Positions 1 to 12,429 of a stretch of DNA of 64,000 nucleotides are shown piece by piece. The stretch covers positions 80,352,001 to 80,416,000 of the forward strand of contig OZ024740.1 of NCBI GenBank assembly GCA_964016885.1, in the 5' to 3' direction. The notes under the pieces are model-generated. The model did not search any database, was not told the DNA's origin, and saw only the letters and a program-made list of their open reading frames with translations. Origin of the DNA: Eledone cirrhosa (taxonomy: Eukaryota). A program made the translations under genes and the position numbers. The stretch's first letter is position 1; the number at the start of each line of letters is the position of its first letter.

Positions 1-2600
1 ATTTTTTGCTCTCCAAGATAGAATGAAGCTTCTTACTTCTCTCATGCTTTTCAACAAGTTTCAGCATACAGTCGTTAGTTGTTTCAAGGTATTTGGCCAG
101 TCCAATGATGGTGGTCTTGTAAGCAAGTTCAAATTGGATCAGGCCACGACCTCCTTGAGTTCTAGGAAGGTAAAGACGATCCACATCTGCTTTTGGGTGG
201 TGCATCCTACTACAGGTCAGTAGCTTACGGACTTTGGTGTCGATTCTTTTGATTTCACTCATATTCCAGTTCAACACACCGAAGCTATAAGTGACAACTG
301 GGACTGCCAAGGTTTTTATGGCTAGCACCTTGTTACGAGCGTTTAGTTCTGATCTCAGAACTGCACGTATTATCCTGTAACATTCTTTCCTTCTCCACTC
401 TTTCATACTTGCATGCTGTATGCCAGATCCCTCATTAATCCCCAAGTATTCATAGGTTTGTTCCTGCTCAAGTTCCTTTATGATTGTTTCAGCATCCAAT
501 TCAACTGAGTCTGAGTTGACAAGCTTTCCCCGCTTGAAAGTGGCTTTTGCACACTTGTCAAATCCAAACTCCATCCTGATGTCATCGCTAAACGTTTTTA
601 CTGTCCGCAAAAGGCCTTCCAGTTCGTCATTATCTTTGCAATATAGCTTCAAATCATCCATATAAAATAGGTGGCTTATTTGTTTGTTGTCAATTCTATA
701 ACCGTACCCCGTTCTATTAAGTTCGGATGTAAGGGGTATTAAAGCTATGCAGAAAAGCAAGGGTGAAAGTGAGTCACCCTGGAATATACCACAGTTGATG
801 TTTATATTCCTAGAGCACAGTACCCCAGTGGAATGAGACAATTGGAGATTTGTGTTCCATAATGACATATTGTGTTTCAGGAAGTTTGAGATCACAGGTG
901 AGATTTTGAAGATGTCCATTGATTTCAGAATCCATGAGTGTGGTATGCTGTCAAAGGCTTTTTTATAATAGATCTATGCACAATTGAGATTTTTGTGTTT
1001 ATTATGACAGTTCTCAAGGATCATACGATTAATCAAAAGTTGATCTTTGCAACCATATGAACCTCGTCGGCACCCTTTTTGTTCAATGGGAAAAGATTGT
1101 TCTCCTCCAAAAACACGTATGCTTTTTCCATGAGAATAGAGGTTAATAGTTTATAAGTGGTGGACAAGCAGGTTAAGGACCGATAGTTTTTTTTATCTTT
1201 GGTTTCGTTGTTCTTTGGTAGAAGGTAGGTAATGCCACTTGCTATCCAATCAGGTGTATTGTTTTGATTTTTCATAATTACATTAAACAGCTTGACCAAT
1301 ATATTGTGCATGGGAGTGAGGAAAGCCAGAAATTTGGCACTCTGTCTCTACCAGGAGATTTCCATTTATGAGATTTATTGAGTGCTGTCCTTAAGTCGAC
1401 TATAGAGATGTCTTCCCACGCCTGTTCTTCTAAATTTGTGTAGGATTTTTCTAGGCGACTAATCCAATCTACATTAGCATTATATGTCTTCCAGTATCGG
1501 TAGAGGGTCGGACGCCATGCTTTGACACATAGAGTTACGGCCCTTGCCCTTCTGAGTTCAAATCACGCCGAGGTTAACTTTGCCTTTCATCCTTACGGGG
1601 TCGATAAAATAAAGTACCAGTAATGCACTGGGTAATTGCTGGCCTTGTGCCAAAAAGTAGAAACAATTATAAGTCTTCTCATCACTCCATATCTTACTCC
1701 AGAAGTTTTCAACTTCTTCAATAATTATTTTTTTCTTCCCTACTTCTCTAAAAAATGACATGGCATTGGATGAGAACAACTTATTTTGCCTATAGAAGTT
1801 GTTTCGCTTCTCGAATCTACGAATTCGTTGGGCTTTTACTTGGACTATTTGTTTCAGATATTCTTTTGTTGAAACTATTGCTTCTCTAGAAGACAGTCCA
1901 TATTTTCTCTTTAGCTTTCTTACCTTCTTGGATCTTATATCATTTCCAGCGGTTAACTCACTCAATAAAGATATTTCTCCTCTCATTACGTCAAACTCCT
2001 TTTCGATTCTACTCCTCCAAATTGGTTTACCTCGATGGTTCGACTTTTGTTTTTGTGGTGTTAGCAGATAAATAAATGATTTCATTTAACTCAGTAAGAT
2101 CAGGTTCTAGTTCTCCTATGATTTCTTTCGTCGCAATATTACCAATCATTATTTGTTTTCTATTTTGGATTGTATTTGGAAGTTTTTGAAGTGGTTCTCT
2201 ATCATTTATACTAGAATGTCTTACTACTGCAACTCATTCAGTATGTTTTGCTTTAATTCCTTCATAGTCTCTCTGTGTTCTTCAGCAGATGTTTGGTTTT
2301 CAATTACTGTTTCTAAGTCCCTCTCCTGGCTATTTTCAGTGGGTTCAATAGGGCTTCTCATTTCTACAAACCTATTTGTGATTTGGTCCGATAGAGGTCT
2401 TTCAGTAAAGACTTGTGACTGGTTACTATCGCCAGGAAATTCTTCAGTTCTTTCATCATTTATATTTATGTCATTCTCCACAACCTGCTTGATCACAGTT
2501 AGTTCAGTGTCTGTGAGTCTATTATTTCCAAGATTGAGACGTATCTGAGGGTCTTGCGATTTCACAGTCAGGTTCGATCATCGTATCGATCGTGCCTCGA
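1..2600 (-). mobile_element. Decayed R4/Dong-clade RLE non-LTR retrotransposon (N-terminus through RT, runs off window start)
   Basis: Minus ORF pieces 2224-2565, 1558-2085 (PIWRSRIEK...FWSKIW) and 1033-1311 (TYLLPK..NYRSLTCLSTTYKL); GIFQGDSLSPLLFC and YMDDLKLY readable at ~640-790; stops and frameshifts. Confidence 0.88.
1492..1670 (+). mobile_element. tRNA-derived SINE inserted in the R4 element, with 13-bp TSD
   Basis: B-box-like gagttcaaatc; shared core ctttgcctttcatccttacggggtcgataaaataaagtaccag; TSD attatatgtcttc (1479-1491) / attataagtcttc (1666-1678). Confidence 0.9.
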
Positions 2601-2692
2601 GCTGGTCGCCAGAGAAACGATTGTAATATGTCGAATAAATTTTAATTCGTCGCACCACAGATTCTCCGTTTCTTATGATATATATATATATG

Positions 2693-2860
2693 CGTCAGGT
2701 CACTCTCGAGTGTTATTGGTAACATGTAACTCAGTACAACCTGTCTCATGGTTGGGTCGTCGGCGACTAAACCGGCAACCCCACCAAGCTTGCTTGGTGA
2801 GGAGGGTGATATTTCGACACCCTGCGGGATGAAATACAAAACCGGGAAAAGAGCGGAGGA
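2693..2860 (-). repeat. Interspersed repeat module B (inverted homolog of ~7990-8150)
   Basis: gtcaggtcactctcgagtgttattggtaacatgtaactcagtacaacctgtc is the reverse complement of 8097-8149 with few mismatches. Confidence 0.8.
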
Positions 2861-3076
2861 ACTCAGCAGAGTCAACGACCATCCAAATAGTACTTTTTTC
2901 TTTTTTTAAAACCTGGGAGTGAAAGACCCCTAGTTGTTGTCACAACACCTTTCTAAGACAGAGAAAATCTAAAAAAAAACCCTGCGGCTTCGGAAGCATC
3001 TGATGATGTTGACTTGGTCTCCTTTACGTTAAGTTCTTCTTTCCTGCTTATGTCAATATATATAAAACAAACTTTG

Positions 3077-3137
3077 TATTTCATCTGATGAGTGCGTACC
3101 AAAGTTTTGGTACCCTTGAAATATATATAATAGAATA
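3077..3137 (+). ncRNA. Minimal type I hammerhead ribozyme in a solo PLE pLTR fragment (~2960-3275)
   Basis: tatttcat-CTGATGA-[gtaccaaa g ttttggtac hairpin]-GAAA-tatata-TA-atagaata; downstream sequence is homologous to 46643-46750. Confidence 0.75.
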
Positions 3138-3272
3138 GATATGGTTTTATAAATACAGTTTCAATTATTTAATATCATTGAATAATATACTCCAGAAATA
3201 ATGTCGAGTGCTTTAAATCAGTTATAAACATTTATATTTGTTGAATTACCAACAAATTGAATATCCCTATTG

Positions 3273-3366
<94 letters not shown>

Positions 3367-3408
3367 TTTAAAATATTAACAAAAATAGAATTTCATTGTG
3401 ATCAAGTA

Positions 3409-3475
3409 TATTTTATTATACATATTTCAGAGGTACTGAGCTAACTTCAACAGTACGTCCTCATCAGATAAAATA
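3409..3475 (-). ncRNA. Minimal type I hammerhead ribozyme
   Basis: Minus strand: tattttat-CTGATGA-ggacgtactg..cagtacctct-GAAA-tatgta-TA-ataaaata; perfect 8-bp stem I. Confidence 0.85.
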
Positions 3476-5093
3476 AGATGATGCTTGACATACCCTTAGT
3501 TAGTTCAGAGTAATGAATTAATTAAAGTGTATAATATTTCAGGCTATAAGGTTTTATAAATATCTGTATTAATATTAAAGTATACTATCATATTTAATTT
3601 ATAAAATCATATTTTATGAATTCATATTTAAACTAATTGTTAATATGAGAGAGAAATCATGCTATTTTTCATCCTCTCGAAGGTAAAACTTAATAACTTA
3701 ATATATTTAATTATTATATTGATGTTATAAATTAAAAAAATAAAATTTTTTTAAAATTTCAGATTAACAATTGGAATGCCTTAAAGCATGAAAAGGCCTT
3801 ATAATTAAACTTAAAAAAAGTTTATTATTAAATTAGATATATGCATTTGTCTAAATATAAACAAAGATTATATTGTGTAAAGATTAAGATGATACCCATC
3901 ATTTATATATAACATAATATAACATAATAAATAAGTTACTGGTAATATTGTTAAAAATTAAGGTTTTATATCAATTATTATAATAAGGTCATGTAACACA
4001 TATATACTATAAATATACAAGTCAAACTTCTTGAATCATACGGATAAGAATACGATTCACTGTAAAAAAATGAATTGTCTGCGATCCTAGATTTTCTTTA
4101 TAAATTTATATAGTAGTATAATGTGTCTGCACACATGAGAAATAGAAAGCCTAAGGATTTCATTGACCCGAAGGTAAGCCAAATTTAATTAAATTAAATT
4201 AAATAAAAATCATTATATAACATAGAAAATTTAGAAAATATTTAGAACATATTTAACAATTATAACACTAGAAAGTCATTAAAGTATTTAAAGTACTTAT
4301 AAATGCAATTAGAGGCATGTTATTATACTAGATATACAGATATATTCAAATATAAATAGAGTATTCTAGATAATAGTGATCGATATACATATAATAAATA
4401 AACAGTACAATCATTGTTAGTAATGTTATAATTGAAGTTTTACATCAAGATAAGTGAAAAAAGATTGACGACTGGTATCGTATGTGATGTATATACCGAA
4501 AATATATATAAATAAAAATATATAAATCAAACTTCCTGAATCGTAAAACATACTCTAGATATGTAAATATACAAAAACATAAATGCATGAATGATTTACG
4601 GTACATTATAATTGTTAAGCGTATAAGCCATATATTTAAAAAGATATATACTAGAATCCCAGTCAAAAATTAAATATATCTTAACCAAAAATATGTTTAC
4701 ATACCTAAACAGGACCCTTTAATCTAACATTAATCATATCATAAAAGAATTAAAAAATAAAAATTATTAAAGTTTTATAATCTGTTATAACGTTTTAGGT
4801 ACACAGTTTATAAGATACGTCAAAGATTAGACGTCAAAAATTAGAACGTGCTTATTTAGTGTTTTTTTCTGACTTTTTGCGAGGCTTGGAATGTAGACAT
4901 AGCATTATGAAGGCAGTTTGAGAATAATTCACTCTTTTTGTTAATTAAATTTTCACAATCAGTAATTATTAAAAGGGTCTCCGTGGTACAGAGGTTGCAG
5001 TTAGGTGATATTGACGAGTTCTGGGGATTTTCATCTTAAATATGGTAAATAGAAATCTACCGGAGATTACCGGTGGTTTATATAGGGACGATA

Positions 5094-5585
5094 ACCTATT
5101 TTATATGGATGATTTGAAGCTATATTGCAAAGATAATGACGAACTGGAAGGCCTTTTGCGGACAGTAAAAACGTTTAGCGATGACATCAGGATGGAGTTT
5201 GGATTTGACAGGTGTGCAAAAGCCACTTTCAAGCGGGGAAAGCTTGTCAACTCAGACTCAGTTGAATTGGATGCTGAAACAATCATAAAGGAACTTGAGC
5301 AGGAACAAACCTATGAATACTTGGGGATTAATGAGGGATCTGGCATACAGCATGCAAGTATGAAAGAGTGGAGAAGGAAAGAATGTTACAGGATAATACG
5401 TGCAGTTCTGAGATCAGAACTAAACGCTCGTAACAAGGTGCTAGCCATAAAAACCTTGGCAGTCCAAGTTGCTACTTATAGCTTCGGTGTGTTGAACTGG
5501 AATATGAGTGAAATCAAAAGAATCGACACCAAAATCCCGTAAGCTACTGACCTGTAGTAGGATGCACCACCCAAAAGCAGATGTG
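5094..5585 (+). pseudogene. Internal R4/Dong RT fragment, near-identical inverted copy of 182-672
   Basis: ORF 5042-5542 FYMDDLKLY...YEYLG; identical antisense ORF translations at 480-665(+) and 5101-5286(-). Confidence 0.9.
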
Positions 5586-5689
5586 AGAGAGGTGTAAGGG
5601 AGATAACTGCGAAAGTCCGAAAAGTTTTTAGTTGATAAGAAAAAATATTGATGTTGTTACAATAATTCATTCAATCCGGAGCCTAGTAG

Positions 5690-7410
5690 TTATGCAATAG
5701 GTGTTTCGAGACATGTAGACAACGTGTGAAAAATGCATTTCTCGTGTTTAGGCAATCACTATTGAATAATCTCTAGAATATTTATTCGTTCGTCAATACA
5801 CAGTCCATACGACGGATTTCCCCTTGCGTATGGCTTGGACTTAGTGATGGTTTTCCATTGAATGGAGTAGTCTATACTTGAGTCCTTGAGGGACCATACG
5901 TGGGTCGCGAGTTTTGTGGATGAACGTCTGTCCGGGTACCTAAGGTCGACTGATGGTTCAGGAAACATTCCCTAAATCGGCCCTCCGCCATGCCCACATA
6001 GGATTTGACCCCCTGTGGTTGGTTTGGTCGGTTGGAAGTGACCACGTCTTCATAAATTACAGCTGGTGTGTTGCTTTGCTGTTGAAGGGAGCAAGCTTCG
6101 GGCTTACGGCAAGAGCAACTTGATGGCGTATTGCTCCTAGGGCTGCTGGTGATGTGGGCCTTCATGTTCTTAGCGTAGGAGCATCCTAGTTTTACTTTGT
6201 GTCGGTTAAAGATGGAGCGGTATTTATGATCTATGGGAAAGTGTCTGTCTAAGAGGGCTAGAAATTGTTTGCCTACATTGGTTTTAACGTTGGGTGAGAA
6301 GGGTTGAGAGAACCAGATAGTTTGTTTATTGTTGCGCTTTCTTTTCTTATTGCTGTTGTTGATAGTGGGAGAGTAAGTGATAGGTTGTGAGAAGCCGCTG
6401 TTAGCTAACGCTGTGTTATAGTAGGGTGCCGCCATGTCAAAGATAGCCTTATTAGAGGAGAGGTTTGAGATTCTAGTACTGATATTATTAACGAAGTTTC
6501 TAAAAACAGTGGGAGGGTGGCATGAGTCCTTTTGAATGTAATTGAGTTTTTCATTTAGCTTATGGAAGTGTCTGTGGGTGTGGGTACGAAGTTCTAAATT
6601 AATGTCTAAGAAATCTATGCTAGAGAGGTTGGTAGCTACTGTTATCCTAAGTCCTAACTCATTGAAGGTAGAAGTTAAGTATTTTTTAAACCGGTCGAGG
6701 TCGTAACCACTTTTATGGCTCGATAAGGTCAGTCCAGCGTCGCGGTATATTCCCGTGTAGAAGTCCGGGAATCTAACACGTAATATGTCTAAAATAAATA
6801 GGCCAACCAAGTCACATAAGTCAGCATTGTCAAACGATCCCATGGAGACGTGGAATAGGTCTGAAGTTGTAGACTTCTTTGCCCAAGCTACTCCGTCGTT
6901 GAAGAGGAGGGTTTTCTGGCAGTGAGCGATGATTTCCCTGTCTAAACCATCGACGGAAGTGTAAGTGGTAGCGAAGTCCAACGCTTTGTTTAACAGGGTC
7001 TCTGAGATCGACGGGTAAAAATCGACAATGTCAAACTGGGAACTTCGCTTTTTTGGATTTTAAGGAGTTAAACCACTTAATTACGGAGTCGCTGTTCTCC
7101 CACTGGGACAGGTTGGACTTGGTACTAATGGTCTTAACTATGTTTCTAAGTATGGCCTTACTGACTAGTCCCATATCTGTGCGTGCCGGGTTTATTAGTC
7201 TACATGTGGGGTTAGAAGTAAAGTCTATCTTGTGATCTTTCAGGGTGAGGAACGCCTCCCGCTTAGCTAGAGATTGTAGCTTCATATCTACCTTAAGGGC
7301 GGCAGCAAGTTCTTTGGCTTCCGTAATAATGTCGTGGTAGGCCATAGGGTTAGCTTTCTTATATTTGGAAGTCATAGCGTTATGAGCCAGGTGGCGGAAA
7401 GTGGCGTTGT
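5690..7410 (-). pseudogene. Penelope-like RT + GIY-YIG endonuclease, frameshifted
   Basis: ORFs 7031-7375 (TLKDHK..CRLINP), 5872-6981 (SMGS..DLVGL, YRDAG, DFLDINL, YVGMAE) and 5759-5968 (LATHVWSLKD..W..LCIDE). Confidence 0.93.
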
Positions 7411-7420
7411 CAACTTCGTA

Positions 7421-7474
<54 letters not shown>

Positions 7475-7612
7475 ATATATATATATAGGTTTGTTGGTTC
7501 ACCACTGGATAGAATTGGTCATTCCGTATGGTCAATCTAGATGTAATATTATGGAGAGTACTCAACGTAATGCAGCTCCCCCGTCTTCGTTTGTGTAGTT
7601 GGTATATATATA

Positions 7613-8150
7613 CATGATGGCTGCCCCCTCGTTATCGAGTATGGCTATTGCACGATATACCATTATTAATAGTTATTAATTAATTCTATCGTGGAATGCC
7701 TGTGCGTAAAGATATTTTTTAAAGTGAGGAAAGACTGTGCACTGAGCCAATCCCACTCTCTGATCGACAGTAGCTATAACCCGAAAAGAAGAAAAGATCA
7801 ACATCATCGGTAACTACCGAGCCGCATGTTTTATATCGGAGTTAACCCTGTTTCCTGAGTTGCCTTCTCTTAGAAGAATGCCCTGACAAAGGCTAGCGTC
7901 CTCCACTCCCAGTGGTTTAACAGCGCGGTACATGTGTATATACATATTTACACACTTCTGGATGGCCGTTGACTCTTATGGGTTCTTCCGCCCTTTGTCA
8001 GGTTTTTGTTTTTGTCATGCAGAGTGTCCAAAATCACCCTCCCCACCAAGGAAACTTGGTGGGATTGTCGGTTTAGTCGTCGACGACCCGATCATGTGAC
8101 AGGTTGTACTGGGTTACATGTTACCAGTAGCACTCAAGAGTGACCCGACA
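7613..8150. repeat. Composite interspersed repeat (module A 7613-7930 + module B 7950-8150), possibly RTE-UTR derived
   Basis: High similarity to 24955-25440; module B also at 2693-2860; RTE link only from motif resemblance (ttgccttctc..caaaggct). Confidence 0.75.
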
Positions 8151-8258
8151 TATATATATATACATACACACATACAAACACATACTCATACATACATATA
8201 AATATACACACATACACACATACATACATACATATATAATATATACATACATATACAT

Positions 8259-8302
<44 letters not shown>

Positions 8303-8307
<5 letters not shown>

Positions 8308-9104
8308 GTTTGTCCTTCATCAGTGATCTTCCAACTATCATAGGTATTTCATCGCTTTAAAGACCATATACCTCCGGTTAGTGCGAGCAACCGCTAAAAA
8401 AAGTCGTTGGGACACGTAAATAAAGGGGACGCGAGGGTAAACAAACAAAATGGTGAGGCAACAGAAAGTGAGGAAGGAGGAAACAAGTCCCAGATTTCTA
8501 TGAATTTAAGTTCGCTGAAATCGTGAACGAGAGAATAAAGACCATCAAACCTGGTTGAAATGTGAGCAAGGAAGGAATTTCGCACAGGTCTAACGGGAGG
8601 AAGAAGGGGTCTGGTCTGCGAATTCGGTAAACATAAGTTCTGTGAAATCGTAGACGCGAGAGCAAAAATTCCGACCAGCTTGGCCGAGAATGTGAGAGAA
8701 AAGAGTTACTCACAGGTCAAAGGGGAAGAAAGAGGAGGAGGAGGAGAGGTAGTGACAGAGAATGAGTGAGTGAAGGGTGAGGTGAGGAAGAGGCTAACAG
8801 AGAAAGAGACTGCTAGAAAGGGTAAAGATACGTAGAACGAAAAAGACGGTGTAGCAGCAGAGGAAAAAATATGTGTAAATATGATAATAAGGGCGCTGCG
8901 GAGTTGCAAATGGGTTACATATGAAAAAAGTTTGTCCTTCATCAGTGATCTTCCATACGTGTCCCTTTTTTTAGCCGTTGCTCGCACCAACCGGAGGTAT
9001 ATGGTCTTTAAAGCGATGAAATACCTATGATAGTTGGAAGATCACCGATGAAGGACAAACTCTTTTCATATGTAACCCATTTGCAATTCCGCAGCGCCCT
9101 TATT

Positions 9105-9110
<6 letters not shown>
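8303..9110 (-). mobile_element. Non-coding unit with 622-bp direct-repeat period and inverted 5' tail, in (TA)n
   Basis: aaaaagtttgtccttcatcagtgatcttcca at 8303 and 8925; 8957-9110 is the inverse of 8416->8303 continuing as 8925->8880. Confidence 0.75.
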
Positions 9111-9167
<57 letters not shown>

Positions 9168-9209
9168 GCACACACTTACATACATACATATACATACGCA
9201 TATATATAC

Positions 9210-9776
9210 TAGACATGAAAAATGCGCAAGCTCAAAAGACCCAAAGAATGTTATAATAAACCTTCAAAAGTGTGGGACTAGAGTTGTTACTCAAAAACAT
9301 TGTAATCATTATCTATCGTACAATCTGTGGCGTCCTTTATAAAAATATCACAATAAATACATCTATGTTTAATAATTGTTTCTACATTTGGCACAAGGCC
9401 AGCAATTAACCTGTGTATTACTGGTACTTTATTTTATCTACCCCGTAAGGATGAAAGGCAAAGTTAACCTCGGCGGAATTTGAACTCAGAATGGAAAGGG
9501 CCGTCACTTTACGTCAAAGCATAGCGTCCGACCCTCTACCGGTGCTGCCAATCCACCGCTCTCCGTAATATTATTAAACATCTATGTTTAATAATATTAC
9601 GTAATTATTTATAGCTGTTATTACATTAAACATAGATGTATTTATTGTGATATTTTATAAAGGATGCCACAGAATGTACGATACATAATTTTTTAGTAAC
9701 AACTCTACTCCCACACCTTTGAAGGTTTATTATAACATTCTGTGGCTCTTTTGAGCTTGCGCATTTTTCATGTCTA
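9210..9776. repeat. Foldback/MITE-like element with ~160-bp inverted arms
   Basis: 9210-9373 is the reverse complement of 9625-9776 with indels. Confidence 0.85.
9373..9563 (-). mobile_element. SINE nested in the foldback
   Basis: Reverse complement of the SINE consensus seen at 1492. Confidence 0.9.
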
Positions 9777-10332
9777 ATTTAATCTTTTTTTAAGGCAACG
9801 CTTGTAATAACTCTAGTTAAACATGATATATATTAATAATAAATTATCGTTGTAATGTAATTAGATTATATAATTGTTATTATAAATGATCTTATAAATA
9901 TTAGTGTAAGATGTATAAAAATATTTTCAGACTTTTAATATAAACAACAACAAAAAACAATCAATATTAAATCAATATATCATACATAATAGAAAACATA
10001 AAATAAATAAACAATATAAAAATAAAATATTTACATACAATTGCAATTATCAGTCTATATAAATATTCTTTATTCCCTGAGCAAATTAATGAGATTTGTT
10101 CTTATTGCACATAACTTGATGACTTTTTGGAGTGTATTAAAAGATAACAATTTATGATTAAATTCTTATCTTAAGCAATTCTCTTTTTAATAGTTGTTGG
10201 CTGAGCGAAATTGGAAAAGCCTATGAGCAAATATTTTAAAAAATACACAAACTACATTTCCCTGTATTGTTGCAACATTAGATAAAATAATTGAGCAATG
10301 TCGTGAGATTTTGCTCTTATTGCACATTAATA

Positions 10333-10500
10333 GTGTTTCTATTTTTCGGCACAAAGCCATTACCGCAGTCCATTACTGGTACTTTATTTATCGAACTGGT
10401 AAGGATGAAAGGCAAAGTTAACCTTGGCGGGATTTGAACTTAGAACGCAAAGGGCCATAACAATGCTGCAAAGCATGGTGTCTGACGCTCTACCAATACT
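10333..10500 (-). mobile_element. SINE; its 3' half plus flank is duplicated at 10636-10742
   Basis: cttattgcacattaatagtgtttctatttttcggcacaaagccatta occurs at 10316 and 10636. Confidence 0.85.
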
Positions 10501-10759
10501 TGTGTTGAGCTGGTCACCAATTTGTGGTGGTTGTGCGTGGCGTAGAACAACAAGCGCTAGTCGAAATAGTATGAACAAAACATTTTTATTTGTCGAAGAA
10601 CATATTTTCAATACTGTTTGTGAATGGACATCTACTTATTGCACATTAATAGTGTTTCTATTTTTCGGCACAAAGCCATTACTGCAGTCCATTACTAGTA
10701 CTTTATTTTATCGACCCCGTAAGGATGAAAGGCAAAGTTAATACTGACAATAATGCAAA

Positions 10760-11000
10760 TGTGTAATAGTGAAAATTTGCGCCTTTTCAATAATTTATCG
10801 TCTGCTCACGTTGCATTAAAGGGAAATAACTCGTCTCTCAACTGTATTTATACATTTTAACTGAAACATCAAATTACACATTGGATTTGAAATTATTTTT
10901 GACCGATCTCTCCGCTGGAGCTTAATCTATAAGTTTAGATGTGTGGCGACTGTTTTAGTAGAGAGACAGACGGGTAGACAACCTCAATTTTATATATATA
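10760..11000 (-). mobile_element. Possible non-autonomous Helitron 5' remnant
   Basis: Minus strand reads tatatatataaaattgaggttgtctacccgtctgtctctc, resembling Helitron-N 5' ends. Confidence 0.4.
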
Positions 11001-12179
11001 TACACATATCAAAGATTTTTAAACGCGTGTGACACAAATTTTTACAATGTTTTTAGAAAAATTATTTTTACAAATATTTACAAACAAAGTGCAGTTTATA
11101 TTACAATCGGAACTCTGCCTATACTCGATTGCAATATATAAAGAGGAACAAGATACAAAGATATATTTCTTTATTTGGCACAAAGGCGCACAAAAATGGG
11201 ACATTACAGAACATGAATATACGCTATTTTGAAGTGTTTAAAAAATGTTTACAAACAAAAATTTAGAATCGTTTAGTACAAACGATAAATTAAAAAAATA
11301 TTTGTACAAACTTTTACGATAGACTTTCATCTTATCTATTGACCGCCTAACCCTAACCCTAACGTCAATATATTACATTTGTTTTAAAAATAGTTAATAT
11401 AAATTAAAAAAAATCATATAACGACGAAATAACAAAAATAAATGATCTAGGAAAACAAACAAAAAAACATGGCGGATGCTTTTGAGCAACACTTACTCTG
11501 ATTGGTTGAAAATTAGCCAATGGCATGTAATCACCACGGCCACGGCCAGACCGTGAAAAAAATTGACGATCTACACATATATGTTAGAACACTGAAGTGA
11601 CTAAAACAATCTGTTGTTAGTCACTTCGTGTCTAACAGCTATACATATATACATATATACATATATACACATATATACATATATATATATTTGTCTAAAA
11701 TTTCGAATTCACCGAAAACCACGTGTCTATAGCGAAATTTACTGATAGAATATACCCGCAGAAGCTAAAGAACACAAGACTTGTTGAAGAAGTAAATCCT
11801 TTGTTCTGTCGTCAAAGACCATTAATTTGCAGACCCCTGCAAGCGGAATTTGCCGATCTTGGATTTGCAGAAACCTAGCGTGGATGTTGTGTGCTGTATG
11901 TGATGAATATCGTATGCTATACGATATGCATTATATATTGCATTCGGTCTCAGCGCTATGTCCAGGTCAGTCTAACATCTTTTCCTGAGTCCACCTTTTT
12001 TCGTTGCTGTGGTAATGCGGCTGGACTGCCGATCGCTATATTTGATTTGCTAAGCTGTCTAAACGTATTGTTATTACTCTGGGGTACTATTCCCTAGCGA
12101 GTGCTAAAGCTACATACCGAATTTGCATTCGTTAGCTTGGCCTCAAACTAAGGCTTCGTTAATGCTGTACTAACATTTG

Positions 12180-12273
<94 letters not shown>

Positions 12274-12429
12274 TACATACATATACACACATATATATAT
12301 ATACATACATACAAACATATATATATACATACATACATATATATATATACATACATACATACATATACCCACATATATATATATACATACACACACACAC
12401 AGACACACACATACACATACATTTATACA

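Larger units (their letters stand above)
3363..7412 (-). mobile_element. 5'-truncated Penelope-like element with long AT-rich 3' region and HHR-bearing pLTR, flanked by (TA)n
   Basis: RT/EN ORFs at 5690-7410; HHR at 3409-3475 in the same orientation; (TA)n at both ends. Continuity of 3480-5690 with the ORF is inferred. Confidence 0.7.

Noticed and set aside
11346-11363. (CCTAAC)3 telomere-like repeat
   Set aside because: Only three units inside an interspersed repeat; not a telomere
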